Assembly (NCBI RefSeq): GCF_021869535.1
Contig: NW_026262604.1
Location: 46,004,001-46,068,000, forward strand
DNA from: Mytilus californianus
Lineage: Eukaryota
Length of the DNA stretch: 64,000 nt
Reading direction: 5' to 3'
The notes beneath the pieces are model-generated. The model saw only the letters and a list, made by a program, of their open reading frames with translations. It ran no database searches and was not told where the DNA came from. Positions 50,120-60,168 of this stretch are shown here, piece by piece; position 1 is the stretch's first letter, and every line of letters starts with the position of its first letter. The position numbers and the translations under genes are program-made.

Positions 50120-51540
50120 TTTAACAGTTACATAATTATGAATGAAAAGAATGAAATGCATTCATTTTGTTAATGAAAAAATGTAAAATAATTATAATAA
50201 AACAATCCTATTGTAATCATTGATTGACTTAACGCAAAATGTTTTAGGAAATTTTATACCTTTCTGTCTTAATACTCACATTGTGTACATAAGGGTTTTT
50301 ATACCCGTCCGTCTTGATAACCACTTAAGTTTCTTGAACAGCTATCAATTTTTAAATGCAAATTATGAGGGATTCTTTGTATAACATTATATTTGTAAAT
50401 AAACACCCCTTTTAAGTTAGTTTGTATAGTATGTGTCACCTTTCAAAGCTTTTACAAAAAAATGTTGTGCATTTATACTTGCTTTTTCATGAATTTGGTT
50501 TGTTTCTTGTGATGTTTGTATGTTTTCCGTATCATTGCCTTAAAATGCCGTGGTTCTGTTATTTTCAACGTGTTATATATTTCTCGATTCACGCTCACCA
50601 ATCTGTAAGATGTCAGCTCTACGACATCCTTTATGAATACCCTACAATGAATAACGATGGTCACGTGTCTTCATCGTGGGACAATCTAAGATTATTTTTC
50701 AAACATAATATTTCAAGGGAGACAAGCAATATCTGACGAAAAAAAAAGAATTACAATAGATAGAAACACGTAGTGACAATATGATTTGTTAACGAATAAA
50801 CAGCTTGCAACAAGGGCATTTGGGAAACAGGAAAAGGGGCACGTAATTGTACTTAAAGCTTAAAAAGTTCCGAGAGCAGCACGGTTAAATATTTGTTGAC
50901 GTTTCTGTCCCACAACATTACATATTTTCTATCAAAAGGGGTGTTCTCACTTTACGTCTCAACCATCTGATTCTACCATTGGGTAGTTTAAAATAATGCG
51001 GCCTTTTAACCCTCTCCATCTTTATCAGTAGCCCATAAACATACAGGAGCTACAAACACAGCTAGCACATAGGATCTATCGCGACGAAAACAAAACCAGT
51101 TTACATGAAATCTTACCATACACTAATAAATGAATTTTAGTCTTAAAAGGACAATTTGATCTTATCAACATTTGAAAAGCCTGACCAATACATTTTTCAG
51201 TATTTTTTAGACGTTTGGTCAATTTTAAGACATGTCGACAGCGGTAAATTCAGTACTGCTCAGACAAGTAGTTGGCTGTCAATTCAGTATTTTCCAAATG
51301 AGTCTAGTTACAAAACAACTACTGTACCATCTTAACATAGACAGAACAAATAGTAATTGCCTAAAGAAAACAAATTTAACAGTACTGAATTTACTGCAGT
51401 GGATCAGTCTAAAAAATTGACTACTAATTTTCAGAACAGTTTAAATAAAAAAGTTTCATATTAAAGTTGGTGGCTATATAATACCATATACAAAAACGTT
51501 TGCACACCTTCACAAAAATAATGAAAAATACAAGCTGTAA

Positions 51541-51796
51541 TTGATTGATTAATAGATTGGTGTGGTGTTAATTCTGGCGGTCAGTTTTTGTTGGTGGAGG
51601 AAGCTGGAGTGCCCGCAGAAAACAACCGACCTTCGATATGAAAACTGACAATCCTTGTCATTTACGATTGGAGTCGAGTGCACCTGCCCCATGCGGGATT
51701 CGAACACCCCATGCGGGATTCGAACTCAAAACCTGCGTGTTAAAAGGTAGTGATACAGTAGTTCGACTCATTAAACCACTCGGCCACCGAGGTCCC
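51541..51796 (-). mobile_element. tRNA-derived SINE with V/Meta-like central domain and (AATC)n tail
   Basis: The minus strand has an A box (TGGCCGAGTGG), a B box (GAGTTCGAATCCC) and a core GTTTTCTGCGGGCACTCCAGCTTCCTCCACC. It is flanked by a 12-bp TSD TACAAGCTGTAA/TACAAGTTGTAA and is absent from the paralogous spacer at ~46160. Confidence 0.85.
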
Positions 51797-53382
51797 TACA
51801 AGTTGTAAAAAGATTAAACAATATCAATGTAACAATAAGCTTTATAAAAATTAGTCTATTTGGCCGATACTTACACAAAATCTACAACAGTTACTGAAAA
51901 CTACAATAGCAGACAGAAAACAAATAGTGTAATAACTAACGATATAGGTAAAAGTATACCTTATCAAAAAGATTGGTAGACAATGCGGACAAACTTGAGT
52001 GTAGTGTTATATTTTACCCAGTTTGTAAGTTGCTGTTACGTAAGAATCTTATCAGTGACCAATATTTGAATGCTTTCAAATCTAAAAAAAAATGAGGAAA
52101 CCAACCTAAGCAAGTTTAAGTACGAGTTCACAAACATGTTTAACCCCGCGAAATGTGCCCGTCCCAAATCATGAGCCTGACATTTACTTTTTGTCATTAG
52201 TTATTGTCGGCAAAACATTTTCAATTACTGATTTTGTATAAATCGGCCATTGGTTTTTCTTAACTGTTTCACGTTTTGTCATCCCATGACATGTTATAGC
52301 TTACTATTCTGTCGAGTTTTACTTTGAGATCACAAACATGTTTAATCCCGCCAAATGTACGCGTCCCTAACCATGAGCCCGATATTAACTTTTTATTAGT
52401 TACAGGCTGTAAAATATTTTCAATTACTGTTTTTGTATAAATCGGCCATTGTGTTTTTGACTGTTTCAAATTTTATCATCTCATGGCCTGTTAGAGCTTA
52501 CTATACGGTCGAGTTTTAGTTTGAGTTCACCTTCATGTTTAACCCCGTCAAATGTGCCCGTGAGCATACAATCCGCTAGTAGTCATTAATAAATGTCTGC
52601 CAAATATTCTCATTAACTGTTTTCGTAAAAATCGGTCATTGTTTTTTTTTCTTCATTTGTATTTTGTCATCGCATGTTCTGTTATAACTTACTTCACGAT
52701 CACGTTTTGTTTATTTTTGAAGACCATACTAATACCTGTAGTTGTTCGTACACTACTCATTTGTTGTTTAATTGAAATCGGTCTATTTAAAAATCATTAC
52801 ACATCTCCTTATTTTCATACAAATTATTCTATACGCCTACATAAGTGCCCGTCTACACATGTTTGATTGTTGTGCATGCTCACATACTTCGTAATAGATG
52901 ATAAATTAACTTATTTTAATTGTTATCGGTTTTTCATCAAAACACAAACCACATAGGGTCAACATGGTCAAGGCCAGATGAAGTTGTAATAATAAAATCG
53001 TGATTTCATACCGGATTTGCGTTGTAGGAAAACAGGTCAAGCTCAAACTAGCTTTAAAACTATTCTAAATATACTATCGGTTTTCACCTTTCGTAAAAAG
53101 TTTCAAAAATGTAAAATTAAGGTGCCTTACGATTTATCTAGTCTTCGATCAGTGAGTTAATATGCATTTGTACCAATAACATTCAATCCGTCGATCGTTG
53201 TGGAATATGCTGCAATCTTCAAAAATATTTTAAACGGCTCGATTTTTCATCATAAATAAAGAAATCTCTCGTCCATTCCCTAACGTTTACAAATTTACTA
53301 TCAGTATAACTCAAAACGACGTGTTCCGGCTATTTTTGACGTTGCTGTACAAAATCTATTAAGAAGTATAACCTTTTATATA

Positions 53383-55028
53383 CAGTCCGCCAAAAGTTAA
53401 GCACCACCTAAATATAACTGGCAATATTTTGTTAACTATTGCGAAAAATTATTTATGTTTGGTGTTATGAATTTCCTATAACATACACTAAGAAAATTCA
53501 TTACGATCAAAAAAAATAAACTCCGATAAACACGCCAAATATTTTTTTATTAAAGGTCATCTGCACTTTTTCGAATACACTGTTTCGATGCCTTTAAATC
53601 ATCTTCCTACTGTCGCGCGTACAGGTGAAATTTGACCTTTACCAAGTCACTGTGAAATATGGCAAGGGGAAAGTTATATGTGACTGAACCTTGGCAAGCA
53701 ATTGACATGTCAAATGCCGATAGGAACACTAGTTGCATAGGTAACCATTTCAATGTTAAACACACCGTCATTTTCAGATTTTTACAACGTCATGTTGACA
53801 CAGGAACTGTAAATGATAGACCAAGGCCCGGAAGACCCCGTTTAACTACCGATCGTGATGACAGACTCCTTATTTGTTGTGCTAAAGCCAACCCATTTAC
53901 TCCTGCCCCACAACTTAGACACCACTGGCGTCAAGGTGGTCATGTTAGTGTTTGAACATTGGTCCGTCGACTTCATAGAGGCTACATAAGAGCACGTCGT
54001 GTTGTCAAGAGACCTGTCCTATCAACCAGGCACCGTATAATCAGGTTTCAAAGGGCTAATGACCATCGACGCTGGAACATGAGAAGCTGGCAAAATGTTC
54101 ATTGGTCAAATGAGAGTCAGTTTCTGTTACGACCAAAAGACGGCAGAATACGAGTTTGTCGTGGAAATAAAACTGCTAGTGACCAAAACAAAAATTGCCC
54201 AACGACTGCGTGCGTTGCTGGTGGTGTTACAGTATGGGGTTTCTTCTCATTCTGTTGTAAGGTGGGTATGCATATTCTGCAGGGTAACATGAACGGACAG
54301 ACATACAGGAATTTGGTGCTTACAAACATTGTATTCCTCATTTTGATAATCCTCCACTTGCTTCAAGACCCTTGTGTATGTACGACAATGCTAGACCACA
54401 CAGGGAAAGGATTGTAACCGAGTACAAATAGTACAAAGAGCAAGAAGCCATTGACACTATCTTTTGGCCTTCCATGTCTCCAGACATGAACCCTATCGAA
54501 CATGTCTGGGATGCCATTGGAAGAAATCTCAATCGCAGAGATCACCCTTTGCAAAATCTTAGCGATTTAAGAAGCGCAATTGTTGCTCAATGGAATAAAT
54601 TTGCTCAACTAAAGTTCACAGGGCTTGTACAGAGTATGAGACTCCGTGTTTTGGAACTGTACCGGAAGAGAGGGTGTTACACATCCTATTGACCCAAATA
54701 TTGACATTAAATTTGCCGAACATACCAAAGATTATTTGTAGAGACTTTAAATGATATTGGGTGATTAATTGTTGTAAAAAAATAAAACCACAGTGAAACT
54801 TAAATTCCGTTTCTGATTTGTGTAATTTTCACTATTTCTATGAACGCAAATTTCAAATGCATATAATCTGCATACGTGAACAAACTTAAGTCTACGGTTT
54901 GTTTATGGTATATGTTAGCAAAATTGCTACATGAATATTTTTCTCTTTTTCGAGGATTAACTGATTTTTTTAAATGAAAAAAATTTCGATGCAATAAAAA
55001 TAGGTGGTGCTTAACTTTTGGCGGACTG
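53383..55028 (+). mobile_element. Tc1-family (DD34E) transposon, 1646 bp, defective transposase at 53659-54692
   Basis: Perfect 28-bp TIRs CAGTCCGCCAAAAGTTAAGCACCACCTA with TA on both sides. Motifs RPGRPR, SNESQF (catalytic D>N), DNARPH and SPDMNPIEHVW. Stops at 53953 and ~54428 and one frameshift. Confidence 0.95.
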
Positions 55029-55879
55029 TATATTACACCGTAAGATGGTAAAATATCGACTTTGTGTTTAATAACTGCGAGCGTTCTTTGTTTTTTTTTT
55101 TTTGTGCTTGTATTTGCGTTTTATGGTTAATGTGATCTTAACAATTATTTGAAACCTTACCTAGCTAATTACCTTGTTTAACGTGTTGAATTTTGTTAGT
55201 GGCTGTCTGAAGTTATATCTCAATGGCTTTTTATTCGCTTTAGAACTTTGATATAGAAAACAGATGTTGATTCATGTTATGTTATTCATAATTTTTTTAA
55301 ATTTGTAGCGAGTTAGTATTTTGCGAAACATGAAACTTTTATGATATTGACATATCCTTCAGTGATTATTCCTTGGTGAGAAAGCAACCCAACAGCATAA
55401 AAGATATTTGGAAGTCAACAAGGGGTCCTCAACAACAGGCTAGTATCTGTACCAATCGTGTTTTTTCAAGCTCGTAGGTGATAAGCATGTGTTTAAGACC
55501 ACATGTTGACGTCTAGATATATTTTTGCTTTTTTTTTTTGTCGATAATTTTTTACTTAACTTAACAGATACACAAGAAAAAAAATTAAAAAACTCATAGG
55601 CAAAAAAATCCAAAAAGCAAAACTGAACAAATGTGATTTTTACAAATCATCATCAGACAGGAGTAACTGTATACTACTTATTAGCGGATACTTAAGTAGT
55701 AATTCTGTGATTTTTGCATTCTTTGAATACAAGGTAATAAATGTACATCAAAGAGACCTGATTCTACTTTCATTATTCATTTGATCAATTTCATAGTTGA
55801 TGTTCGCTTCTGCATGACCTGTATTTACTTAAATGGGACATAACAGTTTGCCAATTTATTTCTTAAAGTTCTACATTTA

Positions 55880-58335
55880 TTTAAACCATTGTGGTGACGT
55901 AAGCCTATTCATTTACCGTGGATTCTTTTTCTAGAATCAACGCTTCCTAAATCTGCCTCTGAAATGGACTCACCAAATTATATTCAATTGTTTCCTTTGT
56001 GTGTCTAATTTCATTAAGTTTTAATTGGCTAATTTACTGATTTCTGTTCACTAATGGAATTAATTTAAAAACTTACCTTTAGCACATATTTACAACTTCT
56101 CGTCCAATCAAATTGCTTATATTTGCCTTCTAATTTTCATAGTACATACTTTTCCTGTGTACTAAGTAACTACGCATGAATGACCACAAGGGTTAGATTT
56201 CATTGTATCGTAATCAAGATATTTAAAACAAAAATTGCCACTGGCTATTTTGAATAAAATGCTGTGTTCTAATTTAAATTAAATAGTTTGTAATTAGTTT
56301 TCATGTTGATTTTTAAATATCTTGCTATTAAAATCTTTGGATCTAAAAATTGTTTTTTACAATTGCAAATTTTATCATTTAAATAAAGGGTAATACATAT
56401 GGTTCTTTATACCTTGATTAGAGTACAACGATATCTTAAAATTATGATAATGTATCATCCATGCAATTACTTTGTACACAGAAAAGTGTGTACTATGAAA
56501 CCTTGTGCAGGAAAATTAAAGCAAATTGGTGATAAACTTTCTTAAGGAAGGTGATCTATTTCGTCATTAATTGGTTGATTTATTGATTATTGGTTGCTAA
56601 ATGTCCAGTGGCAAATATTTCATGCATGTTCAGGACGATGTCATGAATTTGAAAACTGTGATTATGTCTGAAGATAATGTGCCACCTATATATATATATA
56701 TAAACATATTCTGATAAATCTTTTAGTTTTTACTTTGAAATAATAAAAAAAAAAAAAAAACACAAAACACAATCCTATAATCTCTGATCTATTGGTAGTT
56801 GCTTTTTAATGCCTATCTGCTAGACTATATCTATGGGGACAAACTATCTCTATGTTTCAAATTTATTATAGCTTTAGTTTTACTGTGAAATTAATAAAAA
56901 ATTTCAAAACATGTAAAGCTTCCACTGCAATTTAATTATTGCCTGCTTTTGGTCAATTTATTTTGTCATCTTACCATGTAAGAAGAACATGTATAGTAAA
57001 ACACCGCTTTATATCAGTATACATACTTACACCAGCAGCTACCATCTTTTCATTCTGGAGTGAACTTGAGGGCCTTTTGAAATCACATATTTAACAATAA
57101 TACTAGTGAGTAGATTTACAAAACTTCGTTAATGAGCTCCTTTTTACAAACACCTGTGATACAAGTATTCAGCCAAAATAAACTATCAATAGACCAATTA
57201 AAAGATTACTCGAGTTGTAAATATGTGCTAAATTGGATAGTCTATGGAAAGATATATACTATGAAATTAAGAGCTCGGGGCAAGCCCCTCGCTCTAAATT
57301 TCATAGTATATACCTTTCCATAGACTAACCTAGACTTAATTTTTGTAATTTGTATATGCCTTCACTGGGAATCGAACCCTTCCTTGAAATCTGTTATGAA
57401 TGACTGACATCAACACATCGACGAAACCTCTCGGCTACCAATGGTTTACAACTTAGATGTCTATTTTATATATATAAATGAACATCGGACACACAGGGGT
57501 TGTACCTTTATGTATACACAATGGGCAGTATAGTATAAGTTGGTAGCCGCGAGGTTAGCATGCTTAAAATCAACGAGTTAAAAATATAGGGATTTGTCGG
57601 TTTAGGTTCGAATCCCTGTATTATCTCTGTTGTCCCAATTCTGGTTTTTTTTTCTAATTTTGCATGTTATAGTGGATATTTTTGTAATAATAGCGTGTTT
57701 TACCGTTTATTTTTTGGATTATTATTGGCTATTTCACATGTTTGAAACACAAATGATTACATTCTATTTGTCAATTTTTGTTGTATAAATATAGTATGAT
57801 TTCATCTGTTTTACTACATAATTTTACAAATATTTGTTCGCAAATTTCTATGCTAGAAAATTGTGATGTGCCTAGAGTGCTAGAAATTTCGGTAACATAC
57901 TTATCATATATACTTTATATATGCTCTTTGGTCGGGTTGTTGTCTCTTTGACACATTCCCCATTTCCATTCTCAATTTTATTAGAAATAAGTTCCAATAT
58001 GTCTTATTTTGTAAAAACAGATAATATTCAGATGCCTGATAATATAAATATCTTTAAAGGTAGAAGTGTTATATTTGTATTTTGTTAACCAATTAATTGT
58101 GATCTGAGAATTATCAATGCATCGTTGGACACGATAACATGGTTATTTAAACTCACTTACAGTACCTTCTAATTAAGAAAAGGCTTTAATTTTGAAAAGA
58201 AATTAACACAATAGTTTAAGTTATAGATACAATGGATAAGCGTAGAATCATGAAAAACAAACCATTCGCCCTCCGGGCTCATGGTTTCTTTTTCAAGAAT
58301 CCACGCTTATCCATTGTATCTATATAACATAACTC
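55880..58335. mobile_element. Composite ~2.4-kb insertion of fold-back MITE-like elements upstream of serpin F
   Basis: It is missing from the paralogous region upstream of E (~48410-48440). It contains hairpins at 57238-57327 and 58223-58323 and two divergent tRNA-like A/B-box sets. Ends are approximate. Confidence 0.5.
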
Positions 58336-58483
58336 ATACTTCAATTAGTCCTGGTTATTTTGTGATGATTCATTTTCAGTTTAAACTTTATGGTAAATCA
58401 AAAGATAATTTGTTTCGTTCAATTCTTACAGAGTTTCCAAAATATGGTGCTTACTCTGCTCGCCAAACTAATCCCACATACCT

Positions 58484-58637
58484 GATAGTTGTATTTACAC
58501 TACTGTGTCAAGTAACCTAGATACATGTAATACAAGAGTAGAAAAATGGACTGATTCCTCGATAGTTGTATTTACACTACTGTGTCAAGTAACCTAGATA
58601 TATGTAATACAAGAGTAGAAAAATGGACTGATTCCTC
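58484..58637. repeat. 77-bp direct tandem duplication in the serpin F upstream region
   Basis: GATAGTTGTATTTACACTAC...GGACTGATTCCTC x2 with one mismatch. It is single-copy upstream of E. Confidence 0.9.
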
Positions 58638-59007
58638 GATAAACCAAATACAGGCCGTCCTTTAATAGGTAACTGAATAATCTTAGTTTTACTACAATTA
58701 ATCGAGAAAATAAAATTAATGACTTTTTTTAAATGCACTCAACTGTCAACAAGATAAGAAAACATAATGAGAATCTTAGCTACTGAGTCATACGTGTTAA
58801 TAGTGGTAGACATATTGACGAAGAATGTTAATTAATTCATGGCTTACAAGCTATATATACATGCATATTCTTATAAACAAACATGTGTCAAAGCTGACAA
58901 GTCCGGTATATATAAAGATGCACCAATTCCCCATTTCCATTCTCAATTTTACCGTAAACAAATTTACTACTATCATACTTGCTTTATTTCATCTTGTAAG
59001 CTCTTAA

Positions 59008-60168
59008 ATGGCTTCTCAGCTTAATGGATCGAATGTAGTCTTCGAAGAAGGGATTGCAAATTTTTCCAACTCCTTGTACAACAAATTAGACAGAACTGGA
59101 AATGAATTCATTTCGCCATACAGTATAACGTCAGCACTATTACTCCTTATGCTTGGAACCGGCAAAACGACTAGGAACCAGATGAAGTCGGTTATTTTCG
59201 AATATGAAAAACCAGATGATATCGACCAGGGATACAAGCTTCTTAGTGATGAACTCTTGACGAGAACAACAACAGGAGTAAAATTATCTATTGCAAACAG
59301 GTTATACGGCAGTAAGAGTTTAAATCTTTTAAGCACTTTTACTACAAAGGCGTTTGCATACTATGGTAGTGATGTTGAACTCTTGGATTTTGTAACAGAG
59401 GCGGAAAAGTCAAGATTGACAATAAATGATTGGATTTCCAAAAATACAAATAATCAAATTAAAAATATGATTCCAAAAAATGTTCTTAATGAAAATACTT
59501 TATTAGTAGTAGCAAACGCTATTTACTTTAAAGGTACATGGAAAAAAGAGTTCAACAGGAATGACACGAAACAAAGGAACTTTTTCGTGAGAGCGAATGA
59601 GCAAAAGCTGGTTAATATGATGTACGGTGAGTTTGATGCAAAGTCTGGTGAAGACCTTTCACTTGACTGCAAGGTTTTACAACTGCCATATAAAGAAAAC
59701 AAGATCTCTATGATAGTTGTTTTGCCAAATGCTGAAGATGGACTCTTTGAACTAGAAAGTAAACTTACCATGTATAATTTCAAAACACTTGTAAGCGGTC
59801 TGAAGACACAGAAGACAATTATTCGAATTCCCAAATTTACAATGTCAAGCGAGTACGATTTGACGCCAATTTGTAAAGCGTTAGGTTTAACGGAAATCTT
59901 TGACGAAAATATTGCGGACTTTAGTGAAATATTCCAGCCTAATGTAACACGCGTGCGTGTGACTGATGCACGTCATAAAGCTTATATTGAAGTGAATGAA
60001 GATGGAAGCGAAGCGACAGCTGCTACTACATCAACTAGTGGATCAACTGCAATACAGGATCCTAAGCCCCAGCCATTTCAATTTGTGGCAGATCATCCTT
60101 TCTTGTTTTTGATTCAGGATGACGAAACAGGAACACCGCTGTTCATTGGAAGATATGCCATACCATAG
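59008..60168 (+). CDS. Intact intronless serpin F (386 aa)
   Basis: Full serpin motif set, about 85% aa identity to B by manual count. Hinge/RCL EDGSEATAATTSTSGST-AIQD. Confidence 0.93.
   Translation: MASQLNGSNVVFEEGIANFSNSLYNKLDRTGNEFISPYSITSALLLLMLGTGKTTRNQMKSVIFEYEKPDDIDQGYKLLSDELLTRTTTGVKLSIANRLYGSKSLNLLSTFTTKAFAYYGSDVELLDFVTEAEKSRLTINDWISKNTNNQIKNMIPKNVLNENTLLVVANAIYFKGTWKKEFNRNDTKQRNFFVRANEQKLVNMMYGEFDAKSGEDLSLDCKVLQLPYKENKISMIVVLPNAEDGLFELESKLTMYNFKTLVSGLKTQKTIIRIPKFTMSSEYDLTPICKALGLTEIFDENIADFSEIFQPNVTRVRVTDARHKAYIEVNEDGSEATAATTSTSGSTAIQDPKPQPFQFVADHPFLFLIQDDETGTPLFIGRYAIP

Noticed and set aside
57358-57620. Functional tRNA genes
   Set aside because: A and B boxes are present, but I could not form acceptor, D or anticodon stems.
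58783-58790. AP-1 site (TGAGTCA) upstream of F as an immune-response element
   Set aside because: It is a single 7-mer, not conserved in the other copies, and expected by chance.
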